Positions 48,571-62,151 of a DNA stretch of 64,000 nucleotides are shown here, piece by piece. Both the position numbers and the translations under genes were made by a program. Within the stretch, counting starts at the first letter, position 1; each line of letters opens with the position of its first letter. The notes under the pieces are model-generated. The model made no database searches and was not told where the DNA came from. It saw only the letters and a list, made by a program, of their open reading frames with translations. The stretch lies in the NCBI GenBank assembly GCA_964106915.2, contig OZ066919.1. One strand, 5' to 3'. This DNA comes from Podarcis gaigeae (Eukaryota).

Positions 48571-48931
48571 AAGGTAAAGGTAAAGGTACCCCTGCCCGTA
48601 TGGGCCAGTCGTGTCCGACTCTAGAGTTGTGCGCCCATCTAACTTAGGAGGCCGGGGGCCAGCGCTGTCCACAGACACTTCCGGTCACGTGGCTAGCGTG
48701 ACAAGCCGCATCTGGTGAGCCAGCACAGCACACAGAAACGCCGTTTACCTTCCCGCTAGTAAGCGGTCCCTATTTATCTACTTGCATCCGCGGATGCTTT
48801 CGAACTGCTAGGTTGGCAGGCGCTGGGACCGAGCAACGGGAGCACACCCTGCCGCGGGGATTTGAACCGCCGACCTGACGATTGGCAAGTCCTAGGTGCT
48901 GAGATTTTTCCCACAGTGCCACCCGCGTCCC
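48571..48931 (-). mobile_element. Sauria/Squam1 SINE
   Basis: Head gggacgcgggtggcactgtggg, (ACCTTT)3 tail; 13-bp TSD tttttattggata at 48558-48570 and 48932-48944. Confidence 0.93.
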
Positions 48932-49544
48932 TTTTTATTGGATACACTAGGATAATTTTGCTCACTGTATTTTGGATGAGGTCAAGCTCTGACCTGTTGC
49001 CCCCCAAAGAAATCTTTCCCATTGCCCTGCTGTTCTGAATGGCTGCCAACCACCACACATTCACAATATTATAAGGAAAAATGGCATCCAACAGGAATAA
49101 CAAGCAACAGAGAGATTTGGGGAAATAGTAATAGTTAAGAGAAGAGGCAGAGATAGAAAAATTTGGCAGGATTTAAAACAGAGGCACCAACAGTCAACAA
49201 GGAGCTAACACAAACACAAACACAGAGGTTGAACATAGGGCAAGAGGTGGGTAAATAGGCAGAAGACAAAAAGTAGGAACCAGGAAAAGAAATGAGGTCA
49301 CCGGCCAGAGTGCATGAAGAACAAAGAACCAAATCTTCTTCACAGAATATACTCCCACCACCTAATGTAGAATACTTAATACTTATATAAATTACATAAT
49401 CCAAGGTATATCTGCTGAAGGCTTCTTTATATAATATAGGCCATTACTTGGCATGCATTAATGCCCCAACATAAGCAATTATTCAAGGACGATCTCCAAA
49501 ACTTACGATGTTCTAGCCCATAGTTTCAAACCACCTAGCTAAAC

Positions 49545-49545
<1 letters not shown>

Positions 49546-49583
<38 letters not shown>

Positions 49584-49598
49584 ACTAACTAACTAACT
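49546..49598. repeat. (TATC)n(TAAC)n compound microsatellite
   Basis: Direct reading. Confidence 0.93.
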
Positions 49599-51499
49599 TG
49601 TGTTAGCTAACTAACACAAGCATTAAAACAAGTACACACATAAGTTGGAGGATTGTGATAGCTTTCCTGAATAAGTCAAATCTAGAATGTCTCTTATCCA
49701 TACTTCACTTATACACAGACAATTGCAATCACAAGTATAATCACAAAAATAAATATATCAGGAAAAAAGTAGCAGGGCTGGGAAAGACTTCTGTCTGAGA
49801 CCTTGAAGAGGCACTGTCAGCATTAATAGACCATACTGGGTAAAGACGGACCAATCCACTTAAGGCAGCATCCTACATCGGTCTATTTTTGTGTGTGGTG
49901 TTTTTCACAGGACTATGGGTTAAGTCTGTAATAATATTACAGAAACTCTGCCCAAATTTAGAATGGATGTTGGGAGACAGCACATAAAAGCCAATGTCAC
50001 ATGTATTTTTAAACTAATTATTAAACTATGAAAACCAGTGAAGCAGAGCACTCCAAGTGCAACCTCATCCATATGTTCACTGTAAAAAGGGGAATGATGC
50101 TCTGATTCACTGGTGTGAACGTAACTATAAAGTTAGTGAAGCACTCTGTCTACGGAGATTAATGGTCTATGATGTGTGGTCTATGATGGGTTAAACTAAC
50201 AGGGTAAAATAGCATGATTTCTTGACATTTATAATATATTTTAATAGGTCTGTGTGTTTGCCCAATCAGATAAGGGGGCATAAAGAAGCATAGAAAGGGG
50301 TGGAAGTCCATTTCCATGTCAAAGTCTCAAATCGCTTTGCAATTTCCCTGATTGCAGGCACACTTAGCAATACCCTGAGCAGAGGTAATACTAGAGAAGG
50401 AAACTGACATGAAAGCATAATAGCAGGTGAATGGATAATTCCAAAGCAAATCTACATAGAAAATCAGTCAATGAATACCAAACTAAAAGAGAGGCAGGAA
50501 CACACTAGACTCAATATACCTAATGTTGAAGTACATTTTCATTTGCAGGGGGTAATGTTAATTGCTGCCCCAATTTATCGTGGCACAGCTTAAAGAGATG
50601 TAACCTGACTGCAGAATGGTACCATCCTTTCACAGCTAAATGACTATAAAAGGATCTGGCTAAACACTGATATAGATGAAACTACCATGTTGCCTTCATG
50701 CTATCACCATGGCAACAGTTATAAGAGCTCTCTCCTAAGTATTTAAAATCTGACAGCTTTACGATACCACTATCTGAATGATGGTAGGGCCATAGTTGAC
50801 TTTAGGAGTTAACTGACCTGTAACTCAAAATTGCTGCATATTAACCATTCCCCTCAGGCTACTGTGGAAGTTAAGTCTTATCAACTTAGCAACTATGCAA
50901 CCTTTAAAATAGAAACCCGTTAAACTCAGAAAAGGAAAAGGCTCACAGCTTATAGCTTCAGTTGGCTCCTAAAACCTTTCAATTAAAGGCACCACAAAAT
51001 AAGGGAAATTCAAGAGCAACACTTTCCCAGATCTTTCAAAGAGCTTCTTGGTAACAAGAAACATCTTGGCTAGAGCGATGAATGGGAAAAGTGTAAAAAC
51101 GTACAGGAACTCCTACACCAGATAGGAAACTGCAACGTTTCTTAAAGGAAAAAGCACATAAACGAACATCCAGGCATGAATGAAATGAGCATGGTATCAA
51201 CAAACATGCTGGATAATTAGAAAAAAAGCCTACCCCTACCCCATTTTCTAGGAATATATGTTTAACTGGCAGCAGATGAATTAACAAAGGCTAATTTTAA
51301 TGGGATTTCAGTAATTGCCAGCAGTATGTTGGTGACACACAGCTCTCCTTCTCCTTTACACCTGTAGGTGTGGCAGTGGATGTGCTGGATCATTTTCTAG
51401 CCTTGGTAATGGACTAGATGAGAGCCAACAAACTGTAGCTAAATCCAGATAAGAATGAAGCACTGTTAGTGGGTGGTTCCCTAGACCAGTGGGATGGGA

Positions 51500-52110
51500 G
51501 GTGGCTTGTTCTTTTGCTGTCACTTGAGGCTCAGGTGGCCTCAATGGTGCAGAATGCCTTCCATCAGCTTTGGCTGGTAGCCCAGCTCTGCCTGTATCTG
51601 GACAGGGATAGCCTAATACCTGTCGTTTATGGTCCGATAACATCTAGGTTAGATTACTGCAACACATTATGCATAGGGCTGTCTCTGAAGACAGTTTGGA
51701 AACTTCAGCTGATGTGCAATTTGGCAGCCAAGTTGCTCACTAGGACAAGACTGTTAGAAAATTTTACACCAGGGATGTCCAACCAGTAGATCCCTGGTTG
51801 GTCCTGGTAGATCCTTATCGTGTACAAAAAGTTATGGGCAAAAAAGCCTCAAAAAAGCTCAACAACTCTGGGCAATCCATCCACCCCATGCACACTCCTC
51901 CTCCCTCCAATGACAATGGGTAGATCACTGCCAGTTTTTAAATATATATATATATACTGGGAGTAGATCACAGTCTCTTGGGAGTTGGACATGCCTATTT
52001 TACACCAATCCTGGCCCAACTGCACTGGCTGCCAATTAGTTTTGGGGCCCAATTTGAAGTGCTGGTTTTGAGCTATAAAGCCTTTAACGGCTCAGGACCT
52101 CAATACCTAT
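51500..52110 (+). mobile_element. L2 LINE ORF2 fragment (split by MITE)
   Basis: ORF 51469..51789 has SLEAQVAS...AFHQL.LV.QL...ITSRLDYCN.L.IGL.LKTVWKLQL; resumes after the MITE as PILAQLHWLPI. Confidence 0.88.
51770..51997. mobile_element. hAT MITE nested in an L2 LINE
   Basis: TIRs cagggatgtccaac / gttggacatgccta; 8-bp TSD ttttacac at 51762-51769 and 51998-52005; related fragment at ~7195-7330. Confidence 0.85.
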
Positions 52111-53569
52111 TACCATTGTGAATTTTATATTACTATGTATTATTGCTTTTGTTGTATGCTTTCTTTCTGGACACCACTTTGAACTCTTTAAAAATATACA
52201 GCAGTATAGAATTTTCAACATACTTATTTAAATAATCCACCATTATCTCAGCAGGAATCCATCAATATGCATCTTCAAAACCCTACAGCTCAATCCAAAA
52301 CTTCTACATTTCTTGCAGTTTAAAAGGCAAAGTAGTAACAGTGTAGTTATTATAACTACTTTTTTTAAGAATCCAGGCACTTCAGTAAATGGTGAACCAC
52401 CTTTCAGAATCTGCTTTCAAATATACAGAGGTCTAGCATTATTTTCAGTCATGATTTAATTGTGGGGGCTGTTGTTACAAACAAAACTGGTGTATCTGAA
52501 TTCCATTAAAGTCAGGAATCACAATCAAGGTAAGAGAAAGCTTAAATATAACTAGCGGCTTATAAATTGGCTTATAGGAAGTGTTTTCTCATTGGGTAGG
52601 AACAAAACACATGAAACCATCACATTTTCCATTCTTATTTGTTCCTTAAAACATGTTCTGTCATTCATACTGAAATGACTGCAGTGGTTTATTTTCTGAA
52701 TCCATTGCTGCAGCAGAAATGGGGGAGGGGGAAGAATGCATAAATCTGAAATCAAAACACTTTTTACGAACCTTGGCCATTACAGACACAATACATGAAT
52801 TCATAGTTCCCCAGCAAGAATGCAAAGCAGCTTTAGTATACAGGCTGCACACTACCTAGACAGAACCATAATGGATAAATGTTACCTAAATTTCAACATC
52901 TGGAGGAGAAAGGAGGTTTGCTTATAGTGTTACATGCTTTCCACTAAAATGGTTCAGCTTCTTTATTGTGCTTCTGTTCCCTGCCTAGAATTTTAATCAA
53001 AGTCATGTACATACCCCATTTCCAATATGAAATCTCTATCAGAGCCATGTTCACATCAAAAGAACCATGGAACAAACTGAAAAGACAGCTTAAAAATCGC
53101 TCTGATTCAGTAACTCAGGGGCACCAGCAGTCCACTGCTGCAGAGCAACCTGTTAACATGGGATTTAAATTGTTTAAAGTCTAGTAATATAAAACTTTGT
53201 GAGGTTTCATACGTTCTGGTGGGGCACTCTCTGCATGCCTTGTGTTGATAACTGATGTAGGGAGAACCTTGCTGTTGTAAGTACCTGCAAGGCAAGGAAG
53301 CTGAACAGTGCTAGAATGGAGCATTGTGGCAGCAGACTGGGTATGAATGACCTGCTCCAAGCCCCAGCCAGTTAATAAATATTGTGTCTGCTCACTGAGC
53401 TGGACCACCAGCCTTGGGTTGTGAGATGCATATAGTGCACTGTCTGAGGTGTCAGGAGACCAGTAGCAAGAGGAGAGCATTTGAGGAAGGATGGATGAGC
53501 TACTTGCTTGTGCTACTTGGCTGCTAGGTGAGCTTGCTAGGGCTGCTACCTGAAGCAGACCCAGCATAT

Positions 53570-54060
53570 GGCTTCTGCAAGAGCAAGTCCTGTTTCATGA
53601 ACCTATTTGAGAGATATCTGAGTGTCAACAAGCATGTAAGACAGAAGTGATCCAGCTGACTTATTGTACCTGGGCTTTCAAAAACCTTTGAACAAGGTAC
53701 CTCATAAAAGACTCCTCAGCTTAGAAGTCATGGAATAAAAGGAGAAGTCCTCTTGCAGACCAGGAATTGGTTAAGTAGAAGAAACAGATGGTGAATAAAT
53801 GAATAGTTCTCTGAAGAGAAAGATGTAAAAAGTCAACTCCCACAAAGATCCATGTTGGGACCTGTGCTTTTGAACATGTTCATGAATGAACTAGATTTTG
53901 GGGTGACCAGTGAAGTGGCCAAGTTGGCTGACAATACTATATTGCTCAGGGTCATTAAAACAAAGAGAGATCGTGAAGAGCTCCAAAAGAACCTCTCTAA
54001 ACTGAATGAATGAGTGGCAAAGACCATGTAAACAACTGCAAAGTGATGAATGTCAGAGCA
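53570..54060 (+). mobile_element. CR1 LINE RT fragment, decayed
   Basis: Degenerate GF.K.KSC..NL, PQ.S.LGPVLFN.F.N.L and SEVAKLADNT (decayed FADDT) motifs with stops and frameshifts. Confidence 0.82.
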
Positions 54061-54493
54061 AAATGGGAGTGATGGAAGGAAGGAGTCAAATTCCTTCTCC
54101 ATTCTTTCAGAAATTCCCTTTAAATGTTTCGGATTGTGGGACATTTCTGAAAGAAAGGGCAAACTATTTGAAGTACTGAGTGTGTATATCTAAACTCACA
54201 TCTCAGCTTAAAGACGTATACACTGGTTTTGTTTTGTCAACCAAGATGAGCACTCTTTTTAAAAAAGGATCAAGATGTGCTTCAGAAAAACAAGACAGCC
54301 ATGAGCTGAATAAGAGTTACATAGTTACATATATTTTAAATAGGTGAACAGTGAGGTATTGGCCCCAGATGTGCATAATCTTGCTGGTGAAGAGTAACTG
54401 GTTAACCACAGCAAACTTCCCATAGTTACAATTGTTGTTCAAGCAAGGGGAAATTCATAGACCAGCACTGTCTGGGTTTGGTTTTCTTTAGAT

Positions 54494-54599
54494 CAGCCTT
54501 TCTCAACCTTGGGTCCCCAGATGTTTTTGGCCTACAACTCCCATCATCCCTGACCACTGGTCCTGTGAGCTAGGGATCACCCAAGGTTGAGAACCACTG
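54494..54599. mobile_element. Short hAT MITE (internally deleted)
   Basis: TIRs cagcctttctcaaccttggg / cccaaggttgagaaccactg; 8-bp TSD ctttagat / ctttggat. Confidence 0.82.
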
Positions 54600-55509
54600 C
54601 TTTGGATGAACACACATTGCAGACTTGTGTGAGTCTGTAATATACAACTAGAGAATAAGGAAAGGCAAAGAGCAAGCACTCCTATAAACCTCCAGATCCT
54701 CCACATAAGATCCCCCAGAAGATGCCTTAAGTGAACGTGTCTCTCTTCCAAGCAGCTGTGTTCTCTTTCTCATGCACACACCTTTCCTCTATCAGCTTTC
54801 ACAAACTTAGATATTTCATTCACAAATATATTTTCAACTCTCTCCTAACCAGTAAACCATTATCTGGCTAGTACGGATTATTAATTAAACAACAATGTAA
54901 CACATGGTTTGGCATTGCACCTGAACGAAACCACGGTAATCAGGAAAAAGTTGAAAATGAAACTACCAGGCTTATAATATTGCAGGTCTATGGTGTAGCC
55001 AAATTTTCAATACTGAAACAATAGGGTTGAAGTGTTTTGGGACTTTCTAGGTTTTTTGTGGGGGGAGGAAGTAAGGAGCAGTGTGAAAAAACTTAGAATG
55101 ATGACTAGAGTAGACTGAGTGAAAGACCCAGATTTTAGTACTCATAAATGAAAGGAAATCAAGTATATATTAACACAGTACAGGGAACAATACTAGCTTC
55201 AGAGCCTTGACAAGTAATCTCATGCATTTGATATTAGTGCCATATAATTTTAGTTTGTCCAAAGGCTGTTGTTCCTTTTCCTGGGAATAAGATATACCCA
55301 TAAACTTTGAACTTCCTGATTAATTTTGTAACAGTCTGGTCAACACAGCATCACATAGTAATTACCTGTCCAACAAGTGGCTGGTTAGTTAAGCCAAGTA
55401 CTAATATAAGAATTAAAGACACCGGGTGTATATTTTTAATATTTTAATAATGTTTCAATGTTTCACTGTAATTGTATTTAACCTTTTAGAATGTATTAAG
55501 CTTGATTTT

Positions 55510-56104
55510 TGTGGGTTCTGCATTTGCGAATGTTCCCCTCCTACGCTACATTCCATCTTTCCTTATCTATCCCTGAAAGTGGTACAAATGGCAGAATGTT
55601 TTAGCACCAGAGTGTAAATCAGTTATCCTTGAAGCTATCTGAGACCCAAGAAGAGGATTTTATGATGTTCTTCCCTCACTGAAGGCTAGGTTGCCAGGGT
55701 AATGCCGGACATCCAAGGCCTAAAATGGTCAAATGGTCTGGGCGTGTAGGGGCCACTCCAAGGTAATGCAGGGGTGAAGATACCAGTATGGATCCATGTG
55801 CACTTTACTTCTCGTGACCTGTAACCTTTCCTGACATATGTGAAGATGTTTTATGACTCTTTGTTTGCTGTGTTTGAACTACTATATAAGCTTTTGGTCT
55901 GAAGTGCCTCAGGGCAGACCTTCTCAACTGGCACGTTGAGTTGAGTGAGCTCTGTCCTACTGCAATAGCTATAATAAACGCTGGGTCCCTAAATCTGGAC
56001 TTGGAAATAGGCTCCTTGGTTCTGTGGTTTATTCAAAAAGTGGTTGTTCCTCACCTGGGTAAGGAACAAGGTAGTGGTAGTACTACCAGGCTCAGAGATC
56101 CACA
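55510..56104 (+). mobile_element. Probable solo LTR (ERV/Gypsy type)
   Basis: TGTGG...CCACA ends, TATATAA at 55883-55889, hairpin-rich R-like segment, AATAAA at 55973-55978; no clean TSD, so the 5' boundary is uncertain. Confidence 0.55.
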
Positions 56105-56474
56105 AAATGGGATAACTTGAAGAAAGCACACCAAGTGGCACGAACTAGTAAATTCTGCCCTTCCTCCCAAAGGAATCTAGCAAACAAAGCAGCAACGCAC
56201 TTCAATAAAAACAAAAATGGATTTGAAATGTTCACAATATTAAGTACATCTGGCTGAATACCATCCAATAAGAATATCTTAAAATGGTTAAAACATTTAA
56301 AATGGCTTGGTGTTATATCTGGAACTTTATATTTGTGCCACAGCACACTGTTGGTGTTTTCATCCCAGATATTTCTAAAAAGCAACTGGCTATTGACCAC
56401 AACAATCTGCCCACAGTAACTTCGATCAGCTTACCTGCAAAATGTTGTTTTGCAATTTAGTAGTACTGTGTTGC

Positions 56475-56829
56475 GGGACGCGGGTGGCGCTGTGGGTAAA
56501 ACCTCAGTGCCTAGGACTTGCCGATCACATGGTTGGCGGTTTGAATCCCCGCGGTGGGGTGCGCTCCCGTCGTTCGGTCCCAGCACCTGCCAACCTAGCA
56601 GTTCGAAAGCACCCCCAGGTGCAAGTAGATAAATAGGGACCGCTTACCAGCGGGAAGGTAAACGGCGTTCCGTGTGCTGCGCTGGCTCGCCAGATGCAGC
56701 TTGTCACGCTGGCCACGTGACCCGGAAGTGTCTGCGGACAGCGCTGGCTCTCGGCCTATAGAGTGAGATGAGCGCACAACCCTAGAGTCTGGCAAGACCG
56801 GCCCGTACGGGCAGGGGTACCTTTACCTT
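56475..56829 (+). mobile_element. Sauria/Squam1 SINE
   Basis: Head gggacgcgggtggcgctgtggg, tail ggggtacctttaccttt; TSD tagtactgtgttgc (56461-56474) / tagtattgtgctgc (56830-56843). Confidence 0.93.
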
Positions 56830-58282
56830 TAGTATTGTGCTGCATGACCCAGTGGCATCAAAACAAAGAACAGTAACTAGACAGCTTAAAGATTATTTTG
56901 CATTTTGAAACTCTGTAAAAGAGACCTTAAATTATGCATTGGAGTGAACTCTTCAGCATTTAGACTGAATGATAAATAACAGCAAGTGCTGAGCATACAG
57001 GTTGGTGGCTTGAATAACTATTTCAAAATGGAAAGGTGGAAGCAATTTTAACAGGGCGCTTGCTTTTTCATTATCTGCTTACTTCCTCAAGGAAAAAAGA
57101 GAAAAGACTGATTACGCAAATTACACATGAAACTTGTATCCAGGTTTCAGCTACAGTCCTACACTTTTTCCAGACCATCCCTTCAACCCAAAAGTAGGGC
57201 TGTTTTTTCTGTTTTTAGTTATGCAAAAGTGGAAGCCACAATAACATGTTGCAGTGCACAGGGCTCATGTTCAATGTTCTAGCCTGCTAACTATACCAAC
57301 TTTGAACGGGCTATTTCCCTTGCCTTCTCCCTCCAGTTTTCCATTCTTTTCCCACCTGATACTCAGCATTCCTGGCTACTAAGTACCTTTGGTTCTCTTC
57401 AGACAATCTTTACTGCTTTCCACCCCTTGACTTATTTTTTTAAAATTCACATTCGGAAAATCCTGGGTTTCCCTAAATATGATAGTACTTCCCTCTTGTT
57501 TCTTAGCCCCTTTTGGCTATAATTCAGTCAGCCCTCACTATCTGAGTTCACTATTAGAGGGAATGGTTTATCTACACCAGTTTTATGCAGCATAACAAAG
57601 AAGTAGGATATTTGCAGAGGACAAAAGATGCTGTAAAACTACAACAATGTCAACTCTGGAATTTACAAAATTCTGTCCATAAAAGGGGGTGAAAAGGGGG
57701 GAGTGGACCTATGTAACACACTCATGAAGAGATGAAAGGATTGTTATGTCCAAAATCTGTCAGTTGTGCTTTGTTGTAGAGATAAATTGTCAGAAGGCTT
57801 TATTTAATGCCTTGCCTTCTTCAAAATAATTTATGGCAGCATATGTACCACTGATGTTAATAAAGCAGCTTAACTCTCTCTTTTTTAATTAAACATAAAA
57901 TACATGCTAATTTTTCCCTGGGTTTATCAAAGCATGCTTTGCAAGTTCCCCAAGCTAGAATTTGTATGCTGCTGATAGGCTGCCCAGATATATCAGCCTC
58001 AAACTCAACAAAGCCTATGGTCAATAAGTATTAATTGGTCCATATTTCTAATGACCTTGCTGTTGCATTACCACGTGGAGGGTGTCTGTGGCTGAAACAC
58101 ATTAATGCTCACCTTGTACTGAGTATCACCTCAGGATAGTTCTATCCTTCTTCTTGCAAAAGAACTTGGAAAAGATTGGAGAGTGTTCTGTAATCATATT
58201 TACCTTCCCCCAGTTTACTCATACAATCCATTGAGAGGAGATCTGAGTTAGCTGGCATCTGGATCAATTCTCTCACAAGATC

Positions 58283-58590
58283 TTAAGAAGAAACCCTGCT
58301 GGGTCAGACCAAAGGCCCAGGCAACTCCCCGTTTGCGCCGGGGTTGTGTTCTGGGTCAATGTGTGCGTCAGAAGTCACACATAAGCCCGTTCCGCCCCCT
58401 TCCGGGGCTGAAAATGATGTCTGCATCGGTGGTCGCACATCAATTGAATGCACACAAAATGGTCACCACCTGTAGTCTAATGCTCTCACATTAGCCAACC
58501 AGAAGATGCCCATGGGAAATCAGCAAACAGAGCCTGAGTGCAGCACTTTTGCCATCTGTGATTCCTGGCAACAGGTATTTCCAAAGCATC
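58283..58590 (-). mobile_element. CR1 3' end fragment containing a probable MITE insertion (58318-58472)
   Basis: cctgctgggtcagaccaaaggcc [cagg...cctg] tagtct...gccaaccagaagatgcc. Confidence 0.6.
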
Positions 58591-58594
58591 GTTC

Positions 58595-58880
58595 TGCCGA
58601 ACACTGAGGTCCAGTGCTGAGGGCCTTCTGGCGGTTCCCTCGCTGCGAGAAGCCAAGTTACAGGGAACCAGGCAGAGGGCTTTCTTGGTAGTGGCACCCG
58701 CCCTGTAGAATGCCCTTCCACCAGATGTCAAACAGAAAAACAACTGCCAGACTTTTAGAAGACATCTGTTTAGGGAGGATTTTAATGTTTAATTAATATT
58801 AAATTTTAATATTTTAATATTTTGTTGGAAGCCACCCAGAGTGGCTGGGGAAACCTAGCCAGATGGGTGGGGTATAAATA
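58595..58880 (+). mobile_element. L2 LINE 3' end
   Basis: gagggccttctggcggttccctc...gttacagggaaccaggcagaggg...gccacccagagtggctgggg...ggggtataaat; same family as 8580-8895. Confidence 0.82.
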
Positions 58881-61800
58881 TTTGTCACATCTTAAAATAT
58901 TTACAATAAATGATGAAAAAATAATTTTCCAAGTTAACATTTAAATTTGCTGTAATATATTTAAAATCCACTGACTGTTTTGTTGAATTGTTTTCACTTC
59001 ATCTATTTTTGGTCACTGGATAAACTGTTACAATATTTATACAGCATGTAAATCAGCTTACTAAATAAAATGCTAAATCAGACCATTTGAAAATTATCTG
59101 AATCTTTTTTTAAAAAACAATTCCTTTTCATTAAGGATTGTAAAGGTCAAGCAGTTAAGGTCAAGAAGCTCTTATTAAGCTACAGCTAGATGTCACTGGA
59201 TGCCCCATCTTAGAATTTCTATCTTCAGGGAAACCCAATATAGTCACATGTCCCTCAGAGACAGAGAAACACGCAGTTTGGAACACAAAATAGAAAGAAT
59301 TTCAAATACATCAAATTGATTCTCTCATGTGCTAGAATGAGTCTTGGGAGACCCAGTATCATGGCCCCAGAATTAGCCACACATGGTCCCTGGACTCGCT
59401 TATTTCTCTTACTTACTTACTTATATTTCTTATCTATAAGAAAGCAAATATGTGGCCCAACCCAGGACACTTTTTGTAAGGATTAACTAGAAATAGAAAT
59501 CAATGTCAAAAAGAAATCTTTTGTTCCCATGCAGCATGGAGAAAACCTATCTTCAAATTGACTTCCATGTTTTGTGAAACATCATAGTTTTCTCAACTTT
59601 TTTTTAAAAAAAACCCACTCCAAAGCAAATGAACAGCTATTCTATATTTGAATCAATAGAAGTTAAAGCTACAAAAAGATGAGATACGAGGAATAAGACA
59701 TCACTTTAGACAGCATTACAGAATAAAGATTGCACAAGATTACCTAGCACTTTGAAATGTACTGTGTTCTGCTACACAACCAAAATGACATTCTTCAGGA
59801 AATAAAGAAATCGAGGAAACTAAGATGACTCCTTACCAAACATGGAAGGAGAAATGCATGTCTAACAACTTCCACAAATAATGCAAGTTGCCATTCAGCA
59901 ACAAAAAAGAATTTAAAATGCCCATTCATTCTGTATCAACTAAGGATGCCAATTAAGAACTATTCCAGCAACAAACAAGAAAATCCTCACTGACATTACT
60001 TCAGAAAAGCCCTTCACCATCTGTTCTGAAGAGTTCTCCATGAGCTCACCATTGATAATAAGGCAGCAGATGAAATTCAGACACTTACTTTTATGAAAGA
60101 GTTAGAAAATTCTTCATTATAATGAATTTGAAGCTCGAGTTAATGATAACCCGTCTTGCCTTCATCTTCCAACTGCCCAAACTAAGAGCATTCCAATTTT
60201 CACATAAAAAATTAAATCAGAAGTGGAACAACACAGCAAACTAAGGGAAGGAGGTACAAAGGAAAGTAAATTTTTTTTGCTGCTTTAAAGAGAGGAACGC
60301 CAGAATACTGCAGCTATTGCTACCAATGGTAAATTGATATGCATTCCTTCACTGGTTCAGCTGTGTGCCAAACTGCCCTCCAGGGATGAACACACAGCAC
60401 CACAACCTTTTCTCCTAGTTGAGACAATTTGCTCCATTTAGGTTTGTGGTAGAAAAGCTGAAGTAGTCTCAACCTGTGGCCTTCCTTCATCCCTTTCCTG
60501 CACAAGGATAACGTGTTCACACTGGGACACCCCTCTCCTTTAACGGAATCTGCGAGCTACAGCACAATTAGCAGTATCCTCATGTGATGCTTTTATGGCA
60601 TTAAAGATTTAGGGAAGGGTAGCACTTAGGGAACACAAATTCAGTTTGTTGTGTGACTCAAATCACCACATTTGACTTTGGCTGCAAACACACCATATAA
60701 AATAGTTTGTAAATACGCCTTTGCTTAAAAAAAGAAGAAAAAAGAATTCCCTTGTGGCCAAACAGACAGAGAAGCTTTATAAAGTGTTTCTTTTTCTACT
60801 ATATTTGACAAACAGAAGTATAACACAGCCTTGCATGGATAGGTGGATTAGTAAATATATTGGAAGACCAGCAAGTTCCAGAGACTTATTTGCAGGGTGG
60901 CTAAGAAAACTGGAACTATCCGGATGACATATATAGCATGCAACAATGGTTAAGGAATGGAGTTCTATGACCTTTGCAGCAACCTATGGGCTCAATGATT
61001 ATATGAATGCATCAAAACAATCTACATGTTTTGTTGCTGTTTCTTACTTGCAGAAGGGTCCTGAAAGTGCACTGACACCCTCATGCAAAATAGGCAACTT
61101 GGAGGGTGGCATAGGGGCAACTGCAGGAAATCTGAGAAAAGCACATCCCATCCTCTAATGTTAGTGGATACCTCCGGTGGATCAAAGGGCAGCAACGGCT
61201 GTCATAGTAAGCCTTCTGCTTATTAGTGACACCTATGAATGCTTCTATTGGCATTCCTCGCAATATGCAGATTTAGCCTCTAACCAAATACCTGCTTTAA
61301 AGAAGGTCTACAGATTGAACCAGAGAACAACACATTTAAAGACTGAAAAGTGATAGTAAAAACTTAAAGGAACAATTTTATTAGATAGGAGGAAAGTTTA
61401 AACAAGTTAGCTCTAATTGGCTTTGAGACGTTTACATTCCAGGCATTATTTTATGTTCAAATTAGGAGAGCAAACTAGAAGTAGGTGCACAGATTTTTGA
61501 GACAGTTTAGTGCCATCTATTCATCAGATTTATCTAGGCATACAGATGGCAAAAGTCTTTAATGAGGCTTCTATACTAGTTCTGTAGCATCTGTCCTACT
61601 TGCAGGCAGATAAAAACAGCATTTGTTTGCGAGCGCTCAATCCACTTGCATAAAAGCAGACAATTTAAGACAAGCACAGGATGAAACTCCATTTTAAAGA
61701 TGCTCCGCATTCAGCTGTTTTGAGAAACTATCTGCATGAAAATATACTATCGAGACGCTTGGAAGGGGTGCTCTTCCTTCCTCTTTTATACAAAACTGAA

Positions 61801-62086
61801 ATTATTAAACTTTGACCTTTAAAGTAGGACAAAGTATATATTAAAATCATACTGTTATAGCTTCTGTTGGGGGGGGGGGGAATCTGAAATATCTACAGTC
61901 TTTACCTGCATCCAAGGAGGAGGAATTCAACACACACACACACACATGTGATTCTACCTAGGAATAAGCTTTTTTCCCCTGCCATGCAACATAGTCTCCT
62001 CTCAGGGAAGGAAGCTAATAGAGATGTCTATATGATCCCTTCTGACCATTTCTACACACAATAGATAGATAAAATTTCAAACTTAC

Positions 62087-62151
62087 TGTTACAGACTTCA
62101 AAGTCATTCCGTGGTAGGTGCCCATGGTGTCAATCTTGAAACCTTCCGTCT
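62087..62151 (-). CDS. CDC73: CDC73 (parafibromin) coding exon, equivalent to human exon 10 (65 bp)
   Basis: Reverse complement reads ag|AG ACG GAA GGT TTC AAG ATT GAC ACC ATG GGC ACC TAC CAC GGA ATG ACT TTG AAG TCT GTA ACA|gtaagt = (E)[21 protein letters not shown], the parafibromin sequence; canonical splice sites. Confidence 0.97.
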
